A stretch of DNA of 59,560 nt, the filler included, from Sphacelaria rigidula (lineage: Eukaryota): NCBI GenBank assembly GCA_964200075.2. It is 9 parts of 9 records of this genome, joined end to end, with 100 filler letters (N's around TTAATTAATTAA, not from the genome) between each part and the next. Parts side by side here need not be neighbours in the genome. Positions count along the whole stretch, not along the records: positions 26,519 to 33,047 come from CAXNAA020019528.1; positions 33,148 to 39,676 come from CAXNAA020019529.1; 7 more parts are not named here. One strand, written 5' to 3'. Numbering within the stretch: position 1 is the first letter of the stretch; each line of letters begins with the position of its first letter. The notes beneath the pieces are model-generated. The model was not told where the DNA came from. It made no database searches and saw only the letters and a list, made by a program, of their open reading frames with translations. Below are positions 26,586 through 39,676 of the stretch, one piece after another. Made by a program: the position numbers and the translations under genes.

Positions 26586-26648
26586 TGGGGGGGGGGGGGG
26601 GGCGTACTCATTTGTTGCTTACCTTAGTCGTTTGACCATTGACCACGA
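26586..26648 (-). repeat. Type A LINE tail with a long poly(C)
   Basis: Reverse complement reads GTGGTCAATGGTCAAACGACTAAGG..AGCAACAAATGAGTACG followed by a C-run. Confidence 0.85.
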
Positions 26649-26731
26649 ATCATAAAGGTATACATACTGTAACAACCCGAGAAAAGACTAGACAGGAGAG
26701 GTCAAATTGAACGGCAGAATCGTCGACTTAC

Positions 26732-26897
26732 CCTGCCGGATAGAGAAGCCTCGCGCCGGACCCCCCAGCTCGCCGTAGGGTTATCCTCGTCGTGCAAGGA
26801 ATCTTCCTTATCTTGCAGCGCGATCGCCCTCGTCATGAGATCCGCGTGTCCGTTACTCTCTACCAAGAATCGGATGAGCCAAGCTCGGAGCTTGAAC
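26732..26897 (-). CDS. Isolated internal exon of an unknown gene (FKLRAWLIRFLVESNGHADLMTRAIALQDKE...)
   Basis: Acceptor cggcag|G, strong donor AGG|gtaagt, open frame. Confidence 0.55.
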
Positions 26898-29800
26898 CTG
26901 CCGGGTTGCATTTTTTATGGGACCTTAAAAACAATTGTCCGACGGCGGTATATAATTGAATATTTAGAAAATATTCGTCATCACCAAAAATCTGCCAGCT
27001 GAGCTACAGGTACTGACTTCTTATGTATCCAGTGTGACAGGGTGTGTGGCTTTGCTCAGTTTTTCTATAAGCACCAAGCTAGCAGAGAGAACAAAATACC
27101 ACCTGATACGCTACCTTTGCCGGAAGATGTCAGCCCCTAAACCTCCAGGCGTACGATGCTAGAAGGGAAATATCGAACATGATCCATTCCGTCCGCGGAT
27201 GTTTTTGTTGCCAAATTCCAATGCCTCCAACTCGTTGTGGGCGGTGCCCCGGGTTCGTGTGATATGAGCTACACGCGCTGATTCCTTGGCAACTTGCTAA
27301 GTGAACCAGTCTACCGCCTTCGCAGGGTCACCGCCGAGAACGGACGAAGCACACCATTACCAGGAAATCACCGATATACCGTTGTCTAAAAACGGACCCC
27401 CTGATCATCCTGAGATGTGGCAAGAAGTCAACGGCTGTTTTTGAGGGGAGGAAAGAAGCAAAACGAAAGGCATCTGCGCTCGCTCTAACATGCACCTCAG
27501 TCAAGGTAGTCGCGGGAAGCGCTCACCTCTTGCTTCGTTTGCGTGCCTCGATCTTCCTGACTTCCTGACGCCTCGCCGCCTCTGCACGCCTCGCTGCGCG
27601 GAGAACCTTGTCCTCTGCCGCTATTTCCTTTTTCCATTCACGTACCTAAGACATCACCGACAGCGACAAAACGGTGTTTCGGTACGAATCGGTCGATGTA
27701 GTTTTAACCACCAAAACGGCCCAGGACACCCAGCAGATTGAGTCGCCAAGGTAAGGACACCTGCTATAGTAGTTTTCATCTGAAACAGGAGATTTTGGCA
27801 ATGTTTTCGTCGCCGACGATTTTCAATATTTTTCTCGCGTGCCGCTGCTCATCCCAGCGAGCGGTTGATCCCAACGTTTGGGAGTTGGGAGATACTAGGC
27901 ATCCGTTCTACATTCCGAAACAAACATCGTCTCTGCGCCCAACATTGAACGACGTCCGAGCTGAATTGACAGGGGGTGTTATTGACCGTTTTCGGTCCAA
28001 CACACATTTCTTCCCGACTCTAGCGCCATGAATGGGTAAAATTTGAATAGTAAGGGTCCATAACACCATTCACGAAAATAATCGGAATTGGTTCACCCCC
28101 GCCTGTGCTATGCAGACCTCGGTTGGGCAATTTTCGTTTTTGAGTACTTTTCTGAATTTTCTCGTGTAGTATCCGTCCTTTGCTCTTGAAAGGCCTATAG
28201 CGTTGATATATATTGGGAAGAGAAGCAGGTCTTGCTCAGAACAAAATCCTCTATTGGTGTTGTCGGGGTGATACGGAGTAAGTACATTGTTCATCAGGGA
28301 GTGTTATCGACTGTCACTGGTCCAAAAAGCACAGTTTTTCTGTTCTAGCGCAATAAAGAGGTAGAACTTCAAAAAAAAAATTATTTTCATTCGTTCACGA
28401 TAACGATTAGGACTGCTTTAATCGAACAAAAATACTCATGGATCACAACATGGGACTAGGCAGTCTCAGGACCCCCAAAGATCGGCCAGCCCGTCAGTCG
28501 CTCAATCATGAGCACAGGTGTAATCTTATTTCCGAATGTGGAGAGGACGCTGAACATCTCCCGATCCCTAAACATTGGGGTCAAACTTTCACTGGAACGA
28601 GCGGTGGCACGCGAAAATACTTTCGAAAATCTCCTATTTCAGATGTGAACCACTGTACACAGGAGGTGAGTTCTTTGACCTCGTCATTTTGGTGTGTCTT
28701 GCAACCTGTGTTTGAATGGCATTGTAGAGGCTACATGCGCCAAGGTAGGATGTAATTTCGATTATGTCGCCAAGATTCGCGCGAAATTTTCGGATCTCTG
28801 TGACCACGACAGCCTGCTCCAGAGGATACCACCGCCTCAATGGACACCAATGGCGCTTGTACGCCGGCATTAGTTTCGCCTTTCTCACTAAATGACCCTG
28901 TCTGGGTCGCAACAACCGTGCTTTCGGATTCTTGGGCCTATGTGGGGCAGTGAGAGTATCCCCACAAGGAGTCATGATTTTCAGGGTATTACGTCGACAA
29001 GCATAGACAAGCGATGGGGTGCTCGAGAGTCGAGTACACCAGAGGTCTGAAGCAGTCCAAAGCTGAATCCTCTTCAGCTTGTATCCGAGGGGTGAAAAGT
29101 GATTATCGTGTACATCGTGTACCCTAGTACCTCAACCAGCTGTGGTTTCGATCAGCATATTTTGGTGTATACCTCTCCAGACGGCAGTCGGCGAAAAGGA
29201 TAGCCCTTGCGAGTCATGTCGCCTGCATTCCTCTTCGCCTTGAGCTTACGCCGCCGCAACACCTGTAGTTGTTAACAGCAACGAGGACGGGGGCACATGC
29301 GACGTTCTCGTGGAGCAAGTGCTACTCCAGGTCAACGACCTCTTTTTCTCAAAATAACAACCGCAACATCAACCTCTGATCCACGCATGCCCCGCCATCA
29401 TATTGTGGAAACGTACATAATAGGAACGACTTGTGAAGACGGTGCAGTGTTCTCCGATTGGCCATCTTCTACAAAAACCCCATGGAGTGCCCGCCACTCG
29501 CTGCTTTGCTTGGGATGCGTTTTTGACCATGTCATTATTCAAAAGCTTCATCCGATACCGTAAAGGCCATGTGGCAGTGACTAAAACAAAACCAATTTAC
29601 ATTCAGTACAGATATATTTCCTTTTTTTTTTGTGCAACACCTTCTCGATTGCTCTGTCCCGAATGCACAGGGCTCGGTATTGCAGCGAAGTCATCCGGCC
29701 GCCTTCAGCCAGTCCTTCCGATAATAGCGCCTGCTCGAGTACAACGTAATCCGCACCGAACATACACACGCGAGCGCTTCAGGTCATGCTGGACCCACAG

Positions 29801-30048
29801 ACTGACTCGAAACGAAATACTACCGAGTACTCTGGTGTGATTCATAGTGAGCCCAGAGTATGTCGAATGCTGTGTGGTGCAGCACACAGGGTGGTGTAGA
29901 TGCAGCCGGGTAGCTTACGATACTCAGCACTGAAAATAGAAATACACCGTGGTTGGTCCGAGATGCAAAAAATACGTGAAACGTGGACTCTTGCCTGAGG
30001 TTATCACTGCGAATGCAGCACTCAACATTTGTTGTAAGGACAATTCGT

Positions 30049-30121
30049 GCTCCGGTAGGGTAATGGTACAGCTTACACTCTTCGGGCAGCAAATACGAGA
30101 GTTCGATTCCCGCCGGGTGCA
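30049..30121 (+). pseudogene. tRNA-derived relic (Gly-like ends) or SINE head
   Basis: GCTCCGGTAGGGTAATGGT...GAGTTCGATTCCCGCCGGGTGCA with oligo-T downstream; stems imperfect. Confidence 0.55.
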
Positions 30122-32833
30122 TTTATCCTGGCCCTTTTTTTTCTCAGAGGTATCTGATCTTCGTCGTTGAAAGCGTGAGGACATTAGTGAGTGGCAAAAA
30201 GAAACGGTTCTGCTGAGTTTCTTAGACGAGAATCGACCCGGTGCGGGAGTGCCGGTCATGATTCAATCCGCGATGCCAAAAACGTAAAGCCTGCTCGTAC
30301 CGCGAGAGACATGGGTTGATTGATCCCTTTGAGACCATGGGCTGGTCCCGAGGAAGGGGAGGACGTAGACGTGGGGGAACAAACAAAATCCCGCTATTGT
30401 TTCGCAGAAAAGGCCTCTTCGGCGGCGTAACACATTTTTGAGGGAACCATATATCGGAAAACTCACCGTACTCGAGGCGTAGCAACACCCTGAAAGATCA
30501 GTTGTGTGCGGCAGCGTAGACACGATACTTGCTCTGTCCCACAAGTAAAGTCAGTTATGGTTACACGGACCCTCAATCGTGTCCGGTAGCCTAGGCGATA
30601 TCTTTTTGAAATCTTCTGGGGTTTTTTTGTTTAATTACTTTTTTTTTTCTTTTGTTTGCGCATCAGCCAGCGTGCCCGAACGGCCGATAAACGATTACTC
30701 GACCCAAAAATGGCCATATTTCGCCACTTTACCAGAACACAGAGAAAAATCCTGGAAACCCGAAAAACGACAAAAATCGCGAAAAAAAGCATAACTGGCT
30801 CTGTTTCTCCGGTTGATTGCTGACATGTGATAGCTACCCCTTGTCGGAAATCACTCGTTTACATTGCAGCCTTCAATTACTTCAATCCAAGCCACTCATG
30901 TCAAAATTCGGCCGGAAATATGCAGATTGGACGGAATTCGGTCGAATTTTGGCCATGTTTGACCCAACGATTCCAAGATTGCAGGTCGATTTTTTTTTTT
31001 CCATTGGCCATCTCGACAACTATATATTTCCAACGAACCTAACCATAACATCGTGAGCACCTCCGTTGGCGAGGTACGGCCTATCCCCGATAACGGACTT
31101 TACTTATAGGACGGAGGAAGTATATGTATATGGCCATTTCTCATTCAGGCAACAAAGGTTCATGTAAAGACATGGATTTTCAATTTTTGCCAACTCAAAC
31201 CAGTGACGCAATGTTTTCGTGGTCATACTAGGATAGCTTTGCCTTACATTAATCCGAAAACGAAGCCCCTCACTTGTAAAGTCATTTCCGCGTCTTCCAG
31301 TTGCTCATTCAGACTCATCTTCAGCCGTCTGCATCCGAGGTTCGTCACCGGCACCACTGACTTGCCCCGTAGCCGTGTCTCGTCTGTGCTCTCGTCTATC
31401 AATTTTCCAGATGCGTACGGATCGCAGAGGGACGAGAAATCATTGCGAGGGGAAATGCATTATTCGTCAGTTCCCCGCCGGATATGCAAGCATGCCACCA
31501 AATCTTCTCGAATGAACGGATTAATATTGCAGGATAAAGTACTTTGTCTTGCTGTGGTAGGCCATTTCGAGTAGGGTTGCACGACCTCACACCCTCGTCA
31601 GTTGCCTGGGTGCATATAGTTGACGTCCGAGCCCATGGCCTACGTGGGTGGCCAAACAGTCTGGAGGAGACAGGCAGGATGGTTATGCTTGCACAAGGGC
31701 ACAACTCGGGATTACTTCGTACTTGTTTGTCATCATCCATTTTAACGTGTGTTGGACTTGAATAAAAATTACTCAAAAAACATATTTTACCAACTAAACC
31801 AAAAGGAGCATGACACTTAGGGTGGCAAGTGGGAGCCCAAGCTTTCCTTTGTCTCCATCGAGAGCGATCGCGGTCATGCACGGCTGCTACCAACTCACAC
31901 GGCTTCCATTACCTGACCCCCCCCCCCCCCCCCCAGTCAACCATCAACCCCCTGATTTCACCCATTTCAAACGGTTTGCTCTTCACATCGGGGCATTTTT
32001 CATCGTCAATATGCATCTGTAAGGCGCGTTTTATGCGGAAATTACACTAGCAAAATTACACTAGCTCTGGCGGTGAGTAAAGAGCAACTTGGAGGCTGAT
32101 GTGATTATTTTTCCATGCATCACTCGTATTGGAGAGCGCCCAGTATGTACGTAGCGTCTTTGTATTATTTCGGCAAAAAAGCTGAGAGTTGTATCAATTT
32201 CGCGACTCAGTTCTGGCTGGAGACGAGAATATCGGCATGTAGGCTTAATATTTGACCTATACTTCTGCTTTTATAAGGTCCGCGCGAACCTCTAGTCTTC
32301 GTCTAAATTCGTTCGATGTCCCAAAATCGCTAGCACTGTTGTCAAATTATTACGTTTCCTTGCCTGAAGGTTGAACTGCTGCGGCTCCTGACGCTTCGCC
32401 CACCCGAGACGACGCCTCAGACTGAGCCTCGACCTTAACGGTGGTCGTTCCGTCGGTTTTAAAAGTGACACCCCTAGCTCCCTCTTCTTTTTTCAGGACC
32501 ATCTGTGCTTTCCTGCGGCGGGCTTCAGCTTTGGTGACAAGTAGTGTTCTGGCACTCCTCCCGAAAAAGATAGGAGAGATGCTGTGACACCAGTATCCCT
32601 ACGCAAATTCCAGAGGATTCAGCCGGGTGGATATCGGGAAGGCCGACAAGCACACAGATCTGCAATCAGAAGGGATACCGCGACGCGTGAGGATTGTTCA
32701 TCGGTGCATCACCCCATGATACACATGTACGCGTCTTAACGGCTACTGGTATAGTATATTCTTCCTTGTTCTCTGTAGTTAAGACGCATGTGATACAGAC
32801 ACAGGAGGACGCTACGATGTATAGCTGCGCACA

Positions 32834-32984
32834 CCCCCCCCCCCCCCCCCCCCGTCGAGCCTGGTCCGGCGAAAACCCGAGGTGCCCCGTCCCGGCTGTG
32901 TAGGGATGCGAGGTCAATGGTATTAGGACTATGGTCTGCAAGATCATGAGTACATTCCCCCCCCCCCCCCCCCCCCCCCCACCA
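32834..32984 (+). repeat. Short type B retroposon copy flanked on both sides by poly(C)
   Basis: C-run, then GTCGAGCCTGGTCCGGCGAAAACCC...GATCATGAGTACATT, then a C-run. Confidence 0.9.
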
Positions 32985-33148
32985 CAAACAAGCGGGGGAG
33001 AAAAGAAAAAAAAAAATAGAATTTAAGAAAAAAAAAAGAAAGAAAAANNNNNNNNNNNNNNNNNNNNNNNNNNNNNNNNNNNNNNNNNNNNTTAATTAAT
33101 TAANNNNNNNNNNNNNNNNNNNNNNNNNNNNNNNNNNNNNNNNNNNNG

Positions 33149-33202
<54 letters not shown>

Positions 33203-33646
33203 CTTCCAGCTCTCAGTCGCAAGCTACGGTGCGCAAGCGCGCAGAAGAAGTGGTGTGAAAATAATAAGGAAGAAATCGAGAAGGAAGGGGGATTATTATG
33301 TGCTCTCCTCATCCGGTTCATGATCGGCGAGCTTTGTGATGGCCAGGAAAGACCAGAGTGATGGGCGGTAAACGGTTGGGAAAACGTTCTGCGGTTCTTC
33401 GTTACTTTTAGAACATCACACCTATCGCGCGCTATGTTCAGATATTCAGATTGGAAATCTCCCCACCATCCCTGCAGACTTGGGTAGGTTGTAGTGACGC
33501 TAGCATTGAAGCGTGTGGGGTGCGGCGCTGTAATCCAAAGCATCACCGGCCCACAGTACTCAGGCATCTCATGATGTCAGCTCGCCACGGCTGCGGAAAC
33601 TATAGATATGACATGATTAAAAGCAGTGCTGGGAATCCAAACACAC

Positions 33647-33784
33647 CTCCATGAATCGATTGGGGTCTCTCAGGTCAGTGCCTTTGTCCTTGCCCTTCAT
33701 ACCCAGACAGGCCCTCGCCGGATAGGCCAACACGGTTGCCGTGCCGAACCTCGTCTGCACCAAGGCATTTTTCTTCTTGAGAAT
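33647..33784 (-). CDS. Exon 8 (of those seen) of the C2/IQ gene
   Basis: ttgtag|ATT...GAG|gtgtgt, phase 0-0: ILKKKNALVQTRFGTATVLAYP...RFME. Confidence 0.7.
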
Positions 33785-33971
33785 CTACAACAGCAGCAGG
33801 ATCAGAGAGGCGAAAGCGGGCGGGGATGAAACGCAACGATCGATGGAGGAATCGCGGACATGTGTGGAAAAGGCCACCCTTGAGTTTTATACTTCACAAT
33901 CCCGTCCGGCTCGAGTCCCCGCCCCTGCAGATCCGCATCCAAACTTCGTTAGTCGCCCATTGTTGTCTTGC

Positions 33972-34140
33972 CTTGTGGTACACCCTCAAGGTGATTCGCC
34001 GCGTACGTCTCGAGGGATACTCCGGGTCGGTGCCGTAGGAATCCAGCCAGTCTGATATCGGCATTCCAGACGCGGGCTCCATCCCCAGGTCTGCGAGCTG
34101 TCTCAAGCGCTCTGCACAGGCCATGCGCGCAAGCATTGCC
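33972..34140 (-). CDS. Exon 7 of the C2/IQ gene (GC donor)
   Basis: attcag|G completes the IQ motif IQTNVR|AMLAR; ends AAG|gcaaga in phase 0. Confidence 0.7.
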
Positions 34141-34584
34141 CTGAATCGCGCCAACGAGAATCGCGGGGACGGCACGGCTGCTTGATGCTGTTTTCGTTGT
34201 CCACCGAGATACGAGAGCTGCAACGCAAAGCCGTAAGCAGGCCCGTTCATTAGCCACACAGAGTACCACGGCGATGACAGTTCAGTTGTCGTATGTGTGT
34301 CCTCTTTTCAAGGGCTATTGCACGCTTGCCGCGGTGTGTAGTGTCTAGAGGTTCCTTGGCCTCCCGCGTACGGTGTAGCTGAGAGCTTCCGTTTGCGCGA
34401 CGGAACGCTTCAGCGTCGACTCTCCACTCAAATGACAATGTACCGGTGTACTACCGTGTAGTACGGGCAAAATATCAGAGTGGGGAAGTATCTATATATG
34501 TATATATATTGTGCGACTCAACCGCGTAGAACCTTCTCGAGTTCATCAACCGACCCGACCGAAGACACGAAATGAATCACCCAC

Positions 34585-34748
34585 CTAACGTTCGTCTGTA
34601 TTCGAGTGGCCATCTTCCGCTCCAATATTCTCCTTTCAACTCGAAGACGAAAGAGTGTTATGCGCGCCAGCCGTCGACGAATGAAGCACTGGATAACGGT
34701 GCACTTGGCCCTGCGTAGACGCCGCCAAGCTAGCTCTAGGTAGGCTAG
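34585..34748 (-). CDS. Exon 6 of the C2/IQ gene, IQ motifs
   Basis: atccag|CTA...TTAG|gtgggt; contains [11 protein letters not shown] and IQTNVR. Confidence 0.82.
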
Positions 34749-35140
34749 CTGGATATACGACCATGCGTCAAGGTGGAGAGAGAAGAGGAAACGCTGGAAC
34801 GTTTTCCTAGCAACCGCAGAGTATCGAGACACTTCAGTGCGTACCTATTCGTCCGAAATCGTCCTTTATGTGCGAAGTTTTCGTAGTCATGTTACTTCAC
34901 TCATTCGTTACTGAACAGAATGTCAAACACGCGTCAAATATTCATGTTCCAAAATGTTGGCAATTTTCCTTATAAGAATAGCCCCCCACCCCCCACTCCC
35001 CCCAGCGCCCCCACTTTGGCGTCCTCCTATAATTCCATAGTGGTTACAAGAGAGTAAGTATACACATCCCACATCCCACAAAAAATGAGCATACACTCCA
35101 CGAAGAAGGAAAAGCGCGCGAGAGGAAAGTTTGTACTCGC

Positions 35141-35418
35141 CTTTCGCCGAGCATACTTTTGCAAGATGCAAGCATTCCGGTAATGCTTCTTTCTTATTCG
35201 CAACTCTTCCCTCGCGCTGTGCCGCCGGAAACACATCTGTATGCGCCGCACCATCTCGAAGGCGAAGTCGACCTTCAGCTTTGCTTCCATCTGAGCGGCC
35301 TCCACTACTTTTCCAGCAACGATCACGCGCGCCCAACACTGAAGCACCACCGCTGCTTTAGAGAGCCGGATCCGCATGCTCACGTCATCCTCTGTTTCTT
35401 TCGGCAACCATTGCAATA
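35141..35418 (-). CDS. Exon 5 of the C2/IQ gene, IQ motifs (GC donor)
   Basis: gtgcag|TA...AAG|gcgagt; contains [21 protein letters not shown] and [11 protein letters not shown]. Confidence 0.82.
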
Positions 35419-36439
35419 CTGCACGGCAGGCAGGGGGGGGTAAGGAGGGGCAGGAAATCACTGCCCGTTAGCCTAGGTAGATGGAATTCACTCCGAACAT
35501 CGCGAGAGCCACACTTCCGCCTGGTACGACTGTTATGTGAGAGGAGTGGACGCATCTTCAAACAATCAGCCCAACCACCGTGGGATTTCATGGGTGCCGC
35601 CCCCTACCTGGAGATGGAAGAAACATTTTTTGTGCCCCCCAGTTACAAAGGACGACAATTCTGCCAGCAACGAGGACGACCACACCCGACTCAAACCTGT
35701 CCGGAACAAGTGTAGTGCTGAAGATTACTGCTATACCGTGAATGAGATAATGACTTTTGGGATAAGCTAGGTTCGAGCTGGTTCGAAGGCGCTAAATTGT
35801 TGCAGTGATGGCAAATAGCATGCAATGCACAAGGGGTTGACTACAATAGCGCGTGGGGAACGGTAGATGAAGTCGTTTCAACGAAGAACCCATGGCATCC
35901 GGTTTTTTGGCCTATGTTACAGACGAGATAAATCGATTTCAAAGTATGTAAAAACCCACGAAAAGAAGGCACACTATACTGTCTCACTAAATATAAACAG
36001 TATATGTGGAAGATGACAGTAGATTGTGTACCACTTCGAAGGACAAATTCAATTGTGTGTGTTTCTCCATCAAGACTCCACAATTAGTTCAATGAAGACC
36101 ACCACCGAACTCCACACGAAGGGAGAGGGGAGGGGGTCTCTGCATCGGGGCGTTAGCTGGTTGAGCTGTGCTGAGACCATACCGATGGGACCCAAAAGAG
36201 CAGCAGGAGGTACTTCGCTTGAGAGGGAAGGTGTGTCGAATATCCTCGGGGAAGATCAGATTTTGAAGGTAACTCAAGAAAGTAATTAGCATCCGCAAAA
36301 ATGTGTAATGTACACCGAAAATAATCCTGTTGACTATTTCTCTCTCTCTGGCGTCAAATATGGTATTTCAACAGAAGCGTTGGTGTGCCATGTACTCCCA
36401 CTACCCACTCCCATGACTGCTACTACTGCCACTACTCAC

Positions 36440-36527
36440 TGAGGTGGACGTTGCCTCGACTCTTGCCCTTGGGTTCACCACTGGTTCCTAGTCGGAGCCC
36501 CGCACTCAGACTGAACCAGGTGGACAC
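36440..36527 (-). CDS. Exon 4 of the C2/IQ gene, end of the C2 domain
   Basis: tctcag|GTG...CTCA|gtgagt; VSTWFSL...SRGNVHL; phase 0-1. Confidence 0.8.
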
Positions 36528-37497
36528 CTGAGACGTAAACGTTTGTCGAGAAAGCCGGGATGAGGAGCATACTAAGTGAGAGTGCAACGCAAAATAAACA
36601 TTCGACAAGAACGGAATGTGTGCCCAAGGGGGCATTGTACTACTCAGTTCCGGCAAAAAACTCCTCTTAATGGACTAAGGAATAGGTAAGAGAGTCGTGA
36701 CTTCATCAATCCCCAGCAACAAACTCCGGAATTCGGCAGATACTTTCTTGCTTGTTAGTTACCACATCATCTCGACTCTCGGTAAGCTCTTGTTAGTCTC
36801 TCAAAACTCTGTACGCGCTCGCTCCGAGCCGAGTAACCATTATTTTTTTTCTGAAGTTTACAGGTCTGTCTGCTGGCTACGTGTGACAGCTTTGTTGCTT
36901 GGGCCTGTACCACCCCGCCTCGTTTGGGCTAAAACAAGAACTGGGAGAGCAGTGTCAAATTTTGAGAGATGCGCCACCCCTTGGGCTAACCGCCACAACG
37001 ATAACCGGAAAGTGAAGTCTACTTGCGACACCGTACGGCAAGTCAGAGGCCGTTGATGTTTGGTGGTACCAGCATATGTTCGTATTTTTAATTCATAGAA
37101 GACGGAATCTTGGTAGATTCAACGGTTAGCAGCAGCTTACTAGGGAATCAGGGATGCAAAGTGCTTGGTGTGAATAGTGTAGCCCGCGCGGGACCTAGAC
37201 ACGCGTTAGGAACCATCACCTCGTGAAAAAGTAAAATATAGCGAGCTCGTGTTCTGCATGAGTACCGAGAGCATATTCAACTGTTGTTCATCGCGTGCAG
37301 AAGCACAAGCACAGACAGTCCAAATTTTTCACCATCCCGCCACTTTCACGTCTGTAGAATACACGCGACTGGTGTTGTCGTCGGCAGTTTGGTGATTATT
37401 AACAATGCAACATAACGACAACATCGGCTCTGCCAAATCCGTCTGTCGCACCTCTGGGCCAGCAAAAGAAACAGCACCTTAGGACGTACGCACGCAC

Positions 37498-37636
37498 CTT
37501 CTTGCCGTCAGACAGCCCGGCGATGGGTAGCGATATATCTCCGATGAAGTCGTTGCTGTGCTTATCTTCATTCCAGCACTCGACCAACAAAGACATGGCC
37601 GGGTGGGAGACGTCGAATTCATACGTTTCATTATAC
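37498..37636 (-). CDS. Exon 3 of the C2/IQ gene, C2 core
   Basis: YNETYEFDV...[26 protein letters not shown]; canonical AG/GT boundaries, phase 2-0. Confidence 0.9.
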
Positions 37637-38222
37637 CTGACAGACAGCCCACCGAAGGAGCGCGGAGGTCGCGCAGGGAGGGTGGGGGAGCGGGGGCACA
37701 GGAGAAACACATTACTCTACAGCGAGATAACAGCGGATGCCGAACAGGGGACAAATCAAGACCTCCTCAGTAGATCTTATGAAATTTCACCCAAAAGCTG
37801 AACAGGGTGATCAAAACGTTTGTCAAAACCCTTGGGGGGCGGAAGTGGATGCGGAATGACGATCATAGTCTACCCATCGTTTCTCAATTTGTTGGTCTGA
37901 TGCCGGACCCTTTGCACGTACGGCAACCATTCTTCATTTCCCTCGCAAAAACAGAACACGCGTCCACTCCGCGAATGCGCTCATAAACGCCGAAGTACAC
38001 CGTCTGGATTTCATTATGGCGTTCCGTATTTTCCATAAACGGGTGGATGCGAAAAATTGACGTATAGTTACACTTCTCGTCAATGTCCCATCACACCACG
38101 AATAAATTTGGAGATTGTTTGCCCTGACTAAGCCACCAATCTCTCGTGTTTTTTCCGAGGTGCTTGCTACCTATCCGAGAGTGGGTCAAGTGCGTTCCTT
38201 TTCGCCTCGAATACCCTCTCAC

Positions 38223-38377
38223 CTCGGCTGCTGAGTCTGGCGCTTGGTAGACGTACGGAGGGTTAGCCCGTTGCACGTCATCAGGAAAAAGGGGTCGGGA
38301 TTCTGAGAGCTCGTGAAGTGGTTCATGGCAGGGATATCCTTCGCCGCCACAACAGTTACGTAAAGCGTTTTCTCTTC
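38223..38377 (-). CDS. Exon 2 of the C2/IQ gene, start of the C2 domain
   Basis: TLYVTVVAAKDIPAMN...PDPFFLMT...RTSTKRQTQQP(R); canonical boundaries, phase 0-2. Confidence 0.9.
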
Positions 38378-38804
38378 CTGCGGACAACAAACACATGAGT
38401 ACACACAGGCACGTATGTGCACGGGACGAAGCGGGGTAGCACAAACCGGGGGATCGCGTTGTTCTTACTGTTCTCGTTTCATAAATTTACCGCGCACCCG
38501 GGTCCGGCGTGTTTTGTAGGCTTGGTTTCCTTCCTCTCACTGCCATATGCGACCAGCGGGTAGACATCATATGGTTTCCGATGTACTTTTTGAGGTAGCT
38601 TGCAGTACAGGTTAGAACTCTGAGAAAAAAAATCCGTGTGGTGGATGATCGTCCCCGAAACGTACTGATGCGGATCCACAAGATAGCGAACGTCGAAGAA
38701 TACTAACCACTACACAACTTCTTGACCTCTGGTACAAATCCCTACATACATATACCATGTTTTCGGTCGGCCCCCGCATTTCGACGCAGCATGCATGTAC
38801 TCAC

Positions 38805-39290
38805 TTGTGAAACACCCCAACCATCCAAAAACTCAGCGTATCCCTCCCCATGGGGCACAGATTCGGATTTCTTCTTCCACCGTGCTCCTCCAGCCTTCCT
38901 ACGTTTCTCGGCCTGCTTGTACCCGCGCCCCGCCCCTGTCCCTTTTTTCCCCCCCTTCTTCTCTCTGGGTGCACGAGGAGGCCACGACGAAGGCCACGCA
39001 ATACGTCGTCGCCGTTTCCCCTCAACACCGGCGTTTTTGCTCTCAGTCGAATGTTCGCCCTGGCCAGACTTTTTCCTCTGTTCTTGCAGATTGTCCAGGT
39101 CCACGTCCCCTCCGACCTCGTCCGCATCGCTAAACTCATTATCATCGTGGTCATCACTGCCCTGTGCGCCATGGGCGCGGTTGTTTTCCCGGTGTGAGCT
39201 GTCCTTATCGGGGACAGCGCTGTCGCGCCGGGCCCAGCATCCATGGTACAGCGCGCGTCCGGCAGTGCGGGCGTGTGGGCTGTTCTCAAG
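38805..39290 (-). CDS. Exon 1 (first seen) of the C2/IQ gene, charged and likely disordered
   Basis: ctccag|CTT...CAA|gtgagt, 486 nt, phase 0-0. Confidence 0.75.
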
Positions 39291-39549
39291 CTGGAGGAAT
39301 TGGTAGCCGCGTGTGAACACCGACCTAGCCTGTGTTTGGTGAGTACACAAAGTTTGCGCTTTTGTTCAGTTGACGCCAGATGCAAGTATAGGAACTTTCA
39401 TCAAGCTTTCGTGCGAGTATTCAATATACGGCTGCAAGCAGAGTATACAGTTCACCCAGTCGTGCGTGAATGCTGTTGAGCCGGCTTGGTATCTCGGCGA
39501 GAGAGCGTGTGGTAGAATGACGAGGCGTGGTGAGCGGATCGGGAGAGGT

Positions 39550-39676
39550 GGGGCAAGGGGGAGCGTACTCAGTTGTTGCTTGCCTTAGTCATGTAACCAT
39601 TGACCACGCATTCCTTTCGAGATGGAGCAGGGGGGGGGTACTCATGCTCATGCATGCCATAGTCGTCAGACCATTG
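39550..39676 (-). repeat. Type B tail + C-run + type A tail, at the contig end
   Basis: Reverse complement matches both tail types. Confidence 0.85.

Noticed and set aside
33203..33223. 21-nt micro-exon LATESWK of the C2/IQ gene
   Set aside because: The acceptor is plausible, but it abuts a poly-C run at the contig end, so the boundary cannot be trusted.
26732..33784. Joining the 26732-26897 exon to the C2/IQ gene
   Set aside because: They lie on different, arbitrarily joined contigs.
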